DNA from: Chiloscyllium plagiosum
Lineage: Eukaryota
NCBI RefSeq assembly: GCF_004010195.1
Contig: NC_057718.1
Span: 4,165,775-4,229,774 of the forward strand
DNA length: 64,000 nt
Direction of reading: 5' to 3'
Below the pieces are notes generated by a model, which was not told where the DNA came from, did no database searches, and saw nothing but the letters and a program-made list of their open reading frames with translations. This document shows positions 49,763 through 63,146 of the stretch, one piece after another. Within the stretch, counting starts at the first letter, position 1. Every line of letters begins with the position of its first letter. Made by a program: the position numbers and the translations under genes.

Positions 49763-51292
49763 GTGAGTTCAGGTGGTTTTTGAGGATGTTGGATTCTGTC
49801 ATGGGAAGGCTCGATCTGATGGGACTTGTCTGACCGTGTGTTTGAGCCTTTTGTCACTGAGCGTCGGATTTCAGTGTTAGAGTGGGAGGTATGACACAGA
49901 TCACTTCCCAACTTAAAAACCCGAGCCTCTCACCTGTGCCCAAACCCACAGGATGCGATGAGGCAATCCACACCCACCAAAACCTCCAAGGTGCCTGACC
50001 CGATTGTGAGTAACTATAGACCAGAAGATAAAAGAATCTGCTCCACCATTCGGTCATGGCTGATACCTTTCTCCATTCTCCTCCTGCCTTTTCCCCATAA
50101 CTCTTGAACCCATTAGTCATTAGTAATCTCTTAGATGTCTCTCAGTTTATCTTAAATACACTCAATGACTCAGCCTCTTCATCGCTCTGTGGTAATGAGT
50201 TCCCTAGATTCACCATGCTCTAGATGAAAAAATTCCTCCTCATCTCAGTTCAAAAGAGTCGTCCCTTCACCCTGAGGCTGTGTCCTTGGCTCCTAGTTTC
50301 TCCTATTAGGGGAAACATTTTCTCCACATCCATTCTATCCAGGCCCCTCAATATTCTGTAATTTCAATCAGATCCCCCCCATCCCTCTCAAGTCCAGCGA
50401 GTACAGACCCAGAGTCCTCATCCCCTCCTAAGAAGACAAGCCCGTCATTCCCTGGGACACTCTTGTAAACCTCTTCTGTACACCATTCAACACCAGCTCA
50501 TTTCTCGGAGATTGCTCACAATATCCCAAATGCAGTCTGACTAGAGCATTTTACAGTCTCAGCATTACACCTCTACTGCTGTTCATTTCCAGCCCGATTG
50601 AAATAAATATTAACATTGTATTTGGCTTCCTAACTGCCAACTGAACCTGCATGTTAACCTGAAGATGACTCCAAAATCCTTTTGTGCTTCAGATTTCCGA
50701 ACACTTTCACCATTTAGAAAATAGTCTCCGCTCCCAAGAGGGCAGGATGGAGGGTTTATAGAAACAATATGGAACAGGAACAGGAGAAGGCCATTTGGCC
50801 CCTCGAGCCTGCTCTACCATTCAATAGCATCATGGCTGATCACTGCATCTTTGGTGAAGGGGCAGGTGTTATTTGAGGACACTCATATTTCCGAGGAAAG
50901 GTGCCCCCTCTGGGAGAGAAAAGGAGCAATGGAGACTTCCATTTCACCAAGGGCCTTCTGCCCCTCTACATCATCCTTTTTATCCCCAACGATGGCTGAA
51001 ATGGATATCCAGGACTCCGTAAGCCGAGGGCCACAGTGGGCACTGTGTACACCTTTCCAATCTAATCTTTCACATCCTCAGCTCATGAAAGGTGACCTTA
51101 TACCTTCATGGTTTGAGCCTGTGGCTCAGACCATGGAATCTGCTCTGAGACAATTCCTCACCCCCTGAGCTGATTGAGATATGATGCACATCCCAGAACT
51201 TTATTTTTATAGCTGCCTGATTCGTTCCACCAGAGTCCATGTGATTGGGTCAGATTATCATCAATTTTGGGAATATCCTTCACTTTCGGTTT

Positions 51293-51606
51293 GATTAGAT
51301 TAGATTAGATTAGATTAGATTACAGCGTGGAAACAGGTCCTTCGGCCCAACAAGTCCACACCGCCGAAGCGCAACCCACCCCTACATTTACCCCTTACCT
51401 AACATTACGGGCAATTTAGCATGGCCAATTCACCTAACCTGCACATCTTTGGACTGTGGGAGGAAACCGGAGCACCCGGAGGAAACCCACACAGACACAG
51501 GGAGCACGTGCAAACTCCACACAGTCAGTCGCCTGAGGCGGGAATTGAACCCGGGTCTCTGGCACTGTGAGGCAGCAGTGCTAACAACTGTGCCACCGTG
51601 CCACCC
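51293..51606 (-). mobile_element. HE1-type SINE
   Basis: (GATTA)n tail on the + strand and HE1 body; absent at the paralogous position near 5340. Confidence 0.9.
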
Positions 51607-51768
51607 ATGTACAGTTATAAATCTGCTTGGCTCTGACTTTATTGCTGTTCCTGGTTTAAGTACAGTGTGTAGCTAACTGAAGAAACAACTAAAGATGGTG
51701 CATCATCCCAGGGAACTCAGGAACCAACAGTAACAATGTGTTAAACACTACTTTACATTTCATTCCAG

Positions 51769-51810
51769 AACACAGGATATTCTCCAGAAGATTCCAATGC
51801 TACATACACG
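51769..51810 (+). CDS. Gene B cytoplasmic exon 2 (NTGYSPEDSNATYT), first half of the ITAM
   Basis: ttcattccAG ... ACG/GTGAGA, 42 nt, phase 0-0, open. Confidence 0.85.
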
Positions 51811-51912
51811 GTGAGAATTTAAAATTTCAAAATATGGGAAAATTACAAACATCCTTACATTGTGCATCTGTTACTAGGTCCCAGTCTGTAATATTTCTCT
51901 GTTTTCTGATAG

Positions 51913-51955
51913 ACCTTACAGCCAGTGGATCAGTCTGTTTACAGCGACCTTAAAG
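51913..51955 (+). CDS. Gene B cytoplasmic exon 3 (TLQPVDQSVYSDLK), second half of the ITAM
   Basis: ttttctgatAG ... AAG/GTATGT; if unspliced it reads on as GMLLEH* (stop 51973-51975). Confidence 0.85.
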
Positions 51956-52194
51956 GTATGTTGCTGGAACACTAACAAGGGCTCAGGAGAAGCTTGTGGA
52001 TCGGTTACATTCTGCATCAAAGAGGGAAAGTGTGGGAAAGTTTCATTGAAATGAACAGCAAAACTGCATAAAGCAGCAGAGAGCAGTCAGTCCCATGTTG
52101 TGGCAGGACTTCATTTGAGTCGTGTGTCACTGTATGGAAATGCACCTTTCAGATGTCATTTACACACACAGACACAGACACATGCACACACCCA

Positions 52195-52440
52195 CAGTGA
52201 CCAGTCCCTGCAATCGAGAGTGACCATGCTAACCGGTCCCAATGACTGGGAGTGACCATACTGACCAGTCCCTGAGACTGTGAGTGAACACACTGACCAG
52301 ACCATGGGACCAGGAGTGACCGCACTGACCAGTCCCTGTGTTTGGGAGTGACTGCACTGATCAGTCCCTGTGACCAGGAGTAACTGCACTGACCAGTCCC
52401 TGTGACCAGGAGTGACCACACTGATCAGTCCAGTGACCAT
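52195..52440. repeat. Short paralog (about 8 units) of the 32-bp minisatellite
   Basis: Same unit as 8590-10235 in the corresponding intron. Confidence 0.9.
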
Positions 52441-52582
52441 ATGGACCTGTATTAAAGCTCACTGCTGCTAATGATGCTGAACTCTTGGAGTAGCTCACTC
52501 AATCCTGAGACCTCAGACATTCACTGAAAATGTCTTTTATTGTCAAATTTCACAACATCGATGTTTGATTTTACTGAAACAG

Positions 52583-52593
52583 GCAAGAAATAA
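52583..52593 (+). CDS. Putative terminal coding exon of gene B (G-K-K-stop)
   Basis: ttttactgaaacAG/GCAAGAAATAA, phase 1 compatible with the upstream donor; region conserved in copy A; acceptor is weak. Confidence 0.5.
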
Positions 52594-54984
52594 ACCGCTG
52601 ACAGATAAACTGCTGAACAAATCCTTCCTGAGGGATGAAGACACCACATGGATATTTTGATCAAGAAAGATCATTGGACCAAACAAGTCTGTTCTCCATC
52701 TTCTTTCCCAATCCCCTCTCCTGTTCCAGAAACTGCTCTGATTCACTGCTGCCCACAGCTTCTCTGCTCACATCAGCAACACTTATTGGTTACACATTCC
52801 ACAACTGGATCCATCTTTGAGTAGTTTTCATTAATTCTTTCCTGGAATGTAGGCCAGCATTTGTTCCCAATCCCTAACTGCCCTTGAGCTGATTGATACT
52901 TGGGGCCATTTCAGGGGGCAGCTGAGAGTCAGATATATTACTGTGGCTCTGGAGTCACATGTAGGCCAGATTAAGGATGGCACATTTCCATCCCAAAAGG
53001 GCGTTAGGGATTTTATAATCCTCAGTGATGGTTTCATGGTCACCATCACTGAGACCAGCTTTCTACTTAACTTTACGAACTGAATTTGATTTCCATCAGC
53101 TGCCAGAGCAGATTTTAACCATGTTTCCACATAATGTTATGGATTATTCATCCAGTGACAATTCTGCCTGACCACAATCTCAGAATGAACATTACCTAGT
53201 GGGGTTCAAGCTGACTTTAATCATTACCTCCTTCACCGTCTTCTGTTCCTCATAGTTTTTCATCAACTTCCTTTGAAACCCGCCTTCACCATCGTAAGAA
53301 GTTTAATTTGATCAAACTGAATTCTTCTGCCTTGCTTCCACACAGCACCTCCTCTCATTCCCTGGCTGCTCCCTCATTCACTGACCCTACCCCACTTACT
53401 GACCCCTCCCTAACTCATCCATCCTCTCTCACTCACAGCCCCTTCCCGCTCACTGCCTCCTCCCTCACTCACAGCCCCTTCCCACTCACTGCCCCCTACC
53501 TCACTCACAGCCCCTTCCCGCTCGCTGCCCCCTCCCTCACTCACAACCCCNNNNNNNNNNNNNNNNNNNNNNNNNNNNNNNNNNNNNNNNNNNNNNNNNN
53601 NNNNNNNNNNNNNNNNNNNNNNNNNNNNNNNNNNNNNNNNNNNNNNNNNNNNNNNNNNNNNNNNNNNNNNNNNNNNNNNNNNNNNNNNNNNNNNNNNNNN
53701 NNNNNNNNNNNNNNNNNNNNNNNNNNNNNNNNNNNNNNNNNNNNNNNNNNNNNNNNNNNNCACTGCTCCCTCCCTCAGTCACTTCCCACCCCCTCACTTG
53801 CCCACACCTCTCCATTCAATGCCCCCTTCCGTCACTCACTCTCACAGTTCCCTAACTCACTGCCCTCTGCTCACTCGCTCCCTGCCCCTCATTCACTGTC
53901 TTACCCCTCCCTCCTACCTCACTCACATCCCTCCCAACTCAGTGCACATTCACTTATTCCTTGACCCTCTCTCACTCCCTCCCTGATGCCCCCTCACTGC
54001 CCCTCCTTCTCCCTCATTAACTCTTCTCTCCTTCCCTCGATAATCTGAGGGATACCTCACTCTCAGGCAATGAAGTTGCTTCAATGCCCTCTGTTATTTT
54101 CTCACAGACCCGGGCCACCTGTCAGCTCCTTGTCTCTTTGACTGGAAGCTTGGTTCTGATGCAGAGTGACACCAACAGCGTGGCTTCAATTCCCGCACCA
54201 GCTGATGTATCATAAAGGACTCTCCTTCTCAATCTCTCCTCTCACCTAAGGCGTGGTGACCCCTACCAGTCGTCTCTCTCTCTCTCCGATGAAAGAGCCG
54301 CCCTCTGGTACTTTGACAATGTTACCTTTTACCATGACTGTATAAAGCACAGCTTTCCCCAGTGTAAACCCTCAAATTGCAGTTTTGGATTGTGCTGTAT
54401 TGGGCTGAAGGACACTAACAAATATTGTAACCAATTTCCTGTTGTGTTTTTTGATGAGTCAGCACAAGGTTGGATGTATAGCAGGGAAAACACTGTGACT
54501 GCATCACACTCACTGGGATTGAGTTATTTGCTGATGTACTATTTTCACTCTGAGTTATTGTAAATGCTTTGGCCAGAGTAACATGATATCAAGAAAAAAT
54601 TGGAGATACTGGATGCTGCAATGGCTATGAGCGCTGACACCATAGTGTCCAGCTATAGCACTGAACCCTTGTTCACCAGAACTTGCTGCACCCATAGCCA
54701 AGCTGTTCCAGTACAGTTACAATCCTGGCATCGACGTTAATCCCATGTCAATTTCACCAGTTTCCTCAACTCCTCTTCCCCTACATAATCCCAGATCCAA
54801 CCCTCAAACTCAGCATCGTCCTCCTGAACTGTGTTACCTGTCCATCTTCCTTGCCACCATTCAACTCCACCCTCCACTACAACCTATCATCAGCCCCCAC
54901 CACTGCATCTACCTATCACCTTCCCAGCTACCTTCCCCCCCAATCCCACGAACCTCCCATTTATCCCTTAGCCTCACCCCGCCG

Positions 54985-56340
54985 AACATGGTTAACGTGG
55001 TACCACTATTTAAGAAAGGTGGTAAGGAAAAGCCAGGGAACTATTAATCAGTGAGTCTGACTTCAGTGGTGGGCAAGTTGTTGGAGGAGATCCTGAGGGA
55101 TAAGATGTACATGTATTTGGAAAGGCAAGGACTGATTCCAGATAGTCAACATGGCTTTGTGCATGGGAAATCAGGTCTCACAAACTTGATTGAGTTTTTT
55201 GAAGTAACAAAGAAGATTGATGAGGCCAGAGCAGTAGACATGATCTATATGCACTTCAGTAAGACGTTCAACAAGGTCCCCCAAGGGAGACTGGTTAGCA
55301 AGGTTAGATATCATGGAATACAGGAAGAACTTGCCATTTGGATACAGAACTGGTTCAAAGGTAGATGACAGAGGTGGTGGTGGAGGGTTGTTTAGCAGAC
55401 TGGAGGCCTGTGATCAGTGGAGTGCCACAAGGATTGGTGCTGGGTCCACTACTTTTCATCATTTGGATGTGAGCATAAGAGGTATAGTTAGTACGTTTGC
55501 AGATGACATCAAACTTGGGGGTGTAGTGGACAGCAAATAAAATTACATCAGATTACAATGGGTACCTTGATCAGTTAGGCTAATGGACTGAAAAGTGGCA
55601 GATGGAGTTTAATTTAGATAAATGCAAGGTGCTGGACTTTGGGATAGCAAATATTAGCAGGATTTATACACTTAATAGTAAGATCCTGGAGAGTGTTGCT
55701 GAACAAAGACACCTTGGAGTGCAGGTTCATAGCTCCTTGAAAGTGGAGCCGCAGGTAGACAGGATAGTGAAGGCGGCATTTGGTATACTCCTGTATTGAG
55801 TACAGGAGTTGGGAGGTCATGTTGCGACTGCAGGACATTGGTAAGGCCACTTTGGAATATTGCATGCAATTCTGGTCCTCCTTCCTATCAGAAAGATGTT
55901 GTGAAATGTGAAAGGGTTCAGAAAAGATTTACAAGGATTTGAGCTATGGGGAGAAGTTGAATAGACTAAGGCTGTTTTCCCTGGAGCGTTGGAGGCTGAG
56001 GACATGGGTAGGATAAATAGACAAAGTATGTTCCCTGGGGATGGGGTCATCCAGAACGAGAGGGCATAGGTTTAGGATGAGAGAGGAAAGATATAAAAGA
56101 GACTAAGAGGCAACATTTTCACACAGAGGGTGGTACGTGTATGGAATGAGCTGCCAGAGCAAGTGGTGGCGTACAACTGCAACATTTAAAAGGCACCTGG
56201 ATAGGTATATGAATAGGAAGAGTTTGGAGGGATATGGGTTGGGTGCTGGCAGGTGGGACTAGATTAGGTTGGGATATCTGGTCGGCATGGACAAGTTGGA
56301 CCGAAGTGTCTGTTTCTGTGCTGCACAGTTCTATGACTCT
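54985..56340 (+). mobile_element. CR1 LINE RT + 3' end
   Basis: VVPLFKKGGKEKPGNY, QHGFVHGKSGLTNL, FADDIKLGG; not present in the paralogous block near 13560. Confidence 0.9.
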
Positions 56341-59300
56341 ATCCAGGAGAAAACAGCCCACTTAGAGCCAACGAGTTATAAAGCATGGAGACAGGCACTT
56401 CAGACCAACCAATCCACCCCGACAATAATTCCAATCCAAACTAGTTCTACAGTCTGCTCTTCACCCATGCCCCTCAAAACATTTGTAATTCATGCACTTA
56501 TCTAAATGTCTTTTAAACATTGCAATTGTACCTACATCTACCACTTCCACTGGAAGTTCATTCCACCGATGAATCACTCTCTGTGTAAAAAACAAGTTGC
56601 CCCTCATGTTTTTAAATCTTTCACTGGTCACCTTAAAAATATGCCTGATAGTCTTGAAACCCCCCACTCTACAGAAAAGAGACTTGTTATTCACATTACC
56701 TATAATTCTCATTGAAAATAAACCTCTCCAAGGTCACCCATCAATCTCTCTTGATTATCACCACATCCAGAAGCATCCACTCCCTCAGCACTGATGCTCA
56801 GTAGCAGCAATGTGTATTATCTACAAGATACACTGCAGAACATCAACAAAGATCCTAAGATAGGACCTTCCAACCTCACAGCCACTTCCATCTAGAAAGT
56901 CAAGGACAGCAGATACATGGGAACACCAACCCATGCAAGTTCCCCTCCAAGCCAGTCACCATCCTGACTTGGAAGTGTATTGTGTACCCTCAGTGTGACT
57001 GAGTCAAAATCCTGGAATCCCCTCCCCAAGGGTATTGTGGGTCCACCTTCACCACATGGACTGCAGTGGTTCAAGAAGGCAGCTCACCCCCAATTTCTCA
57101 ATGGGGCGAGGGACAGACAATAAATGTCGGCTCAGCCAGTAACACCCACGTCCCAGAAAAGAATGAACAGATTTATTTGTTTGAATATCCATTTCACATG
57201 CCGTTGAATTTGAAGATTCTGTTAAGTTTAAAGGAGAATTATCTACAACTATCTTCAGGTAGAGCTGTGGCCAACATTTCTTGTTCAATGGGGATTTTAT
57301 TGATTAATTACTGCAATGTAGATTCGATATTACCAAAGGGAATTAGCTGTCTCCAATTACCTTGCTCCCCACTGCTTTAAATGATTGTAATGCTGAATTC
57401 ATCGTTTGAATAAAGATGTTTAAGCAATTATTAGGAAGTTGTAGTCTCACATTTCGCTCCTCAGACACCCAACAATGAAATCAGAATGTGTGTGGCAACT
57501 CTTCCACCAATCAGAATCCACGTTCAACCCAATTAGCAGTCTCCTCTCATACAGCATTAATGTTGATTTCCCCTTGGGCTGCTATTTCTGTGAAGGGTCC
57601 TGGTGGGAGAATCTGTGACAAAACTCAGTCTTCATGGTTCCTGTAGGAGGCAAGGTTAACTTACAGGATGGTTCCTATCAGAGAGACAGCTCATGTTAGA
57701 GATATGAATGGACACAATGTGGACACCACTTTGCTGCATATACTGTGCCTGTAATGCTGAAACTACTCACTGTGGAGCTGAACCTCACACCTCAGCAGCT
57801 CACTTGCATCCAGAGAGATGGAGAGAAACAGGAAGCTCAGTCTCACTGTTGATCTGGAATGTGTCAATACATTTACAGCAAATTTCTTCATTGTTGGCCA
57901 GCCCATTTCCTCCTTCCTCTTTGACTTTGAAATATTGTAACACTGAAACCAGTTCCCTGTTGTGTTTTTGATGAGTTAGCATGAACTTTGGAGGTAGAAA
58001 AAAAGTGACTGTATTACACTTGGTATGGCCAGACCACTCAAAACATTCTTAAGCAAGCAACCCAGATCATAACTTTACCATTTGTTTCAGTAAGTGTACA
58101 ATGAAAATTACCCGGAATAAGTTAGCTGGGTTCACTACCAGGTATTAAAACGGACAGAAATCTATTCACAAAATTACACAATGATACACAAAAAACAGAA
58201 AAAAGAACCTCTACGGAACTCAGCCTATCCAAACTAGACTTAATTATGCTGTTCCAAATATACACAACAGATTCAACAACAAATGGTTAAAACAGAACAA
58301 ATGCTTACAGGTTGAAGTTAGAAGGGCCAAAAAAGAGAGAGAGTTTCACAGCCAGATTCCACATAGCTGAACTCCAAACTAGTTCTGGACGGAACTGCCC
58401 AGCTAGAGAGCTGACCACTACTCTTTCATTATACAGGTCACTTCTAAAACATGACCACTTTGGCCTGAAGTCTCATCTGTTTTCACATGAACATAAAGAC
58501 CTCATATTACCCTTTAATCTCGATACCAGACCATCCTAATCGGAACCAGGAGCTGTTTGTGACCCTGCTGAAAAAAAAACAAGAATACAGTATCTTTGAG
58601 AAAAGGAACGGCTTTGAGAAAAAAGGGATCGGTTTTTGACTCCTCTCCCTTAAAAAAACGAACCATCAATACAAAAGTTGGCTTCATTTTTAAAACCTTT
58701 CAAAAACAAACTGGTTAGTCATCTAAAACACACATATACACTATACTAACTATGCACATGCAAACATGCAATCACATGCAAATTCAGGCACTGGCACACC
58801 TGCCACCAAACACCCCTAAATCTCAATCGAGTCTCAATAATGCATCGGCAATCACGTTTTCACGACCTGCCACATGCACAGTTGTCAAATTGAATAGCTG
58901 CAACAACAAGCTCCATCTGAACACTGGCATTTTTGTCCTTGACTTTTTCCACAAATGTCAATAAGTTATGATCAGTGTATACGATTGTCCCAGATGCACT
59001 GTAGGTAATATAAACACTGAAATTTGTAATGCCAACACCAAGCTTAAAGTCTCTTTCACCACTGTTGAATATTCCTGTTGACGAACATCCAACTTCCTGG
59101 TCTTTCTATCCCTTCATCATTATCCTGCAGGAGCACCGCACCGACACCCACATCATCGGCATCCAATAGCTACCTTGAAAGGCTTTGTGTAATCCGGTAT
59201 GGCTAACACTGGTTAACAGTTTTCAGCTATCAATCGCCTTTTGACAGTCCGCTGTCCACTGAAACTTCTTGCCCTTCGGTAAGTGGAGCAGCCACACTGC

Positions 59301-61239
59301 TGAAGTTTGGTACAAACCTTTGGTAAAATCCACTCAATCCCAGGAACCGTAGTACTGCTTTTCTCATTGACAGTGTGGGAAATTCCCCAATTACTTTCAT
59401 TTTAGCATCCCATGGGGTCATTTATCCATGTCCAATAACATGGCCCAGGAAGGTGACTTGGGCTTTGGCAAATTCACTTTTAGCTAGGCTTACCATCAAG
59501 CCTGCCTTCCGAAGTCAATCGACCAAGTTCAATAAAAGCTGTAAATGTCCCTTCCATGAATGACGAAAAATCACCGCGTCATCAATATACACCACACAGT
59601 TGGACAATCTGGCAATGACCTTATTAGTTAGTCTCTGAATGTGGCTGGAGCATTTTTCATACCAAATGGCATGACTTTGAACTGATACAGTCCATTTGCT
59701 ATTATGGAAGTCGAAATTGCCTTTGCTCGCTCTGACAGAGGTACTTTGCCAGTGGCCTCTGAGCAAGTACAACTTAGTAATGTAAGGTGCTTGTCCCGCT
59801 TTTTCAACACAGTCCTCCAATCGTGGAATTGGATATGCATAAGTCTCTGTAACGATGTTGACTTTGTGATAGTCCACACATAACTGTTGGGTACCATCTG
59901 GCTTTGGCACCATGACTTTGAGAGACCCCAGTCACTGCAACTCACCTCGATTATGCCATCTTGAAGCATGCACTATATTTCCTTCTGAACCTGTGCCAAC
60001 TTTATAAGGTTATGCCTATAAGGACGTTTCTTAATCGGAACAGCATCTCCTATATTTACATCATGCACAATTAGGTTAGTTCTTCCCAGTCTATTTCTGC
60101 ATATCTCCCCATGTAATAGTAATAACTCTTTCAGGTCATTTCGATTTTCTTGTGGAAGGTAACTCCATAATTTATCCCAATTTTTGACAGCTTTCTCATT
60201 GTCCGATTTGATTTGAGTAATGTCCAATTCAGAATGCTCAGAACTTGGTTCTTCCTTCAGTGCTGTAATCATTAACACCTTCTCCTCTTGCTTTCCTTCC
60301 CTATCAAGATATCTTTTGAGCATGTTCACGTGACACACTCTGAGATTTTTTCCTGTTTGGAGTCATTATCAAGTGGTTCACCTCACACAATTTCCTTTGA
60401 ATTTGATATAGACCACTAAACCTTGGTTTTCGAGGCTCACCTGTTACTGGAAGTAACACTAATACCATATCCCCAATTGCAAAATTGCGAAATTGTGATT
60501 TCTTATCTGCTTCTTGTTTTGTTGTATCCTGTGATACTTTTAAATGCTGTCTAGCCAACTCTCCAGCTCTATTTAATCGTAGTCTAAAATTTGACACATA
60601 GTCCAAATGGGTGGTCTCTGAACTCTGCCTTATTAATTTCTCTTTAATCAATATTACCGGTCCTCTTACTTCATGCCCAAACATTAATTCAAATGGACTG
60701 AATTTGGTTGATTCATTCGCTGCATTGTTGTTCGTAAAAAGTCTTTACATCTTAGCCTGTGTTTTCCTCACCCCTAAATGACCTCCAAGTGCACATGCGC
60801 CACTTGCAGCACCTCCTTTCTATACCCTACTAGCAAAACAATTTGATGAATCTCTACCCATTTGTCATCTGTTTGAATGTGTGATGGTCTCCATTTCCTC
60901 ATTAAGACATCATTTGTTAAGTAATAACACACTGGAATCCATTCACTCTCCTCTGTATATGCCTTTTGATACAACTGTTTTAACATCTCATCTTTCTGCT
61001 GCAATTCAATAAGTGTAGCACAGCTAAAGATACTTTCATGTTTACATAGTTGCTGTCCCACTTATCTGAACAAAAAAAGCCTTGGATACAGCTATGTCAG
61101 CTTCCTTATCAATGCTTTTTGATCTCTCCTGCTTCATCTTGTGTCTCTAAGATCTTGTGATCACACAATTTGGGAAAATTCCTAGATAAACATCCTTCAT
61201 TTCTTCAGTTGCCTGTGTCTCCACTGGCTTTTTTTAAAG

Positions 61240-61552
61240 ATGCCCTACAGTATAGAAACAGGCCCTTCAGCCCAACAGGTCCACATCAACTCACCCAGAC
61301 CTAGATTGCCCCCCCCCCCCCCAATATTTACCCGTGACTAATACACCTAACACTATGGGCAATTTAGCATTGTCAATTCACCTGTTCTGTACATCTTTGG
61401 ATTGTGGGAGGAAACCGGAGCACCCAGAAGAAACCCATACAGATACAGGGAGAATGTGCAAACTCCACACAGTCAGTCCCGAGGTGGGAATCGAACCTGT
61501 GTCCCTGGAGCTGTGAGGCAGCAGTGCTAACCACTGAGCCACTGTGCCACCC
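61240..61552 (-). mobile_element. HE1-type SINE nested in the Gypsy element
   Basis: Minus-strand GGTGGCACAGTGGCTCAGTGGTTAGCACTGCTGCCTCACAGC head. Confidence 0.88.
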
Positions 61553-63146
61553 AAACATTTCAACTAGAGTAGGCAGCATGCCTTCCAGTGAATCAGCTAT
61601 ATCATTTGCAAGGACAAATTGTATTCCTGGAGTGAAGAGTTTGTCCAGTACTCATACTGCAAATTATCTATTCTTCTCTGGACTCTCCAGCCTCACTTTA
61701 CATAATCGAGTGTGTTTTGACTCACCATGAATTCCTATTACCAGTTCTTTTTCTGGCAATAGTCCCTCAGGAGTACATAACTCCTCATCCTTAAGCATGA
61801 AGACTGAGAGAACCATGTGACCCTTAATATTGTAACCTCTTTACCTGCTACTCTTGTCTGATGTTAACAAAAACGTTACCCTTGCATGTATATTTTTTCA
61901 GCAGATCTGGCACTTCCTCCTGAACCGACCTCTGACCATCTTGTTCATTCTGAGGCAGTTGTCTAACTGTCCTTGAGCTCTTTGTTACTAGTCCAACCAA
62001 GCTCCCAGGCTTGCCCGGTTTTCCAACATCTGGTTTTCTCCTAGCCCATCAAAACTGTAAATTCCTGAGGCCCACTTTATTACAATGAAAACACTGGAGC
62101 TTTTTAAACTTTTTTGTCCCCGTGAAGGGTTTCTTTTTTACCCTGTGGTAAGTTATCCTTATGATCTTCACTGAGATCTAACTTTCCCTTTCCACATGAG
62201 GATTTCTCTTTGCCCCAATTTCTATCCCTCATAGACTGAAATTGATTCTGGAAGCCAAACCGTGTTTTATGGACCAGCTCATAATCATCAGCCACTTCAG
62301 CTGCTAACCTTGCTGTTTTAACTCTCTGCTCTTCCACGAGTTTGCACGACTTCCTCACTGAGCCTACCCTCAGCTTTTATCTCATCTTTTAAGCTGACTT
62401 TCCTCTTTAAGTGTCAGTTTTGAAGTTCAAAGTCCTTCTCTTTTTCTTTCTCTTCTGTTGCTCTCTCTTCTTCCCTCTCATCTGCTTTTAATCGTAACTC
62501 AAACTGTTTCATTTCTGCTGTCCTATCCTTACATTTTTCCTCTAAATCAAGCTGATTTATTTGCAATTGAACTCTGACCATCTCTATAGATTCTGATGGT
62601 TTCTCCTGCAAGATTAAATGCTGAGCTACTGCTGTAATTATCTCTCCTTTCCTCACAGAAGCAGGCAGGTCCAATCGCAATTGGTCAGCTAATTCCTGGA
62701 GATTGGTCTTATTCACCTTTTGCAAAACTTTTCAAAATCACCGCATCTACTTCCAGAAAACTTTTGGCAACTCAAAGAGCCATTACTATCCCAAACTTTG
62801 TCTACCCAACCAAACCAACACCCGAAATAAAGACATTAACACCTACTACTCACTGTTTAAAATCCCGCAAGAGCCCCTAGTCTGTTATGGACTAGGTCAG
62901 ATCATTCAAAACATTCTTAAGCAGACAACCCAGATCATAACTCTGCAATTTGTTTCGGTAAGTGTACAGTAAAAATTACCCGGAGCAAGTTAGCTGGGTT
63001 CACTACCACGTTTTGAAGCAGACAGAAATATATTCATAACATTACACAATGAAACAAAAAGAACAGAATAGAGAATGCCTACACAACTCAGTATATCCAA
63101 ACTAGACTTAATTATGGTATTCCAAATAAACATAACAGTCCCAATA

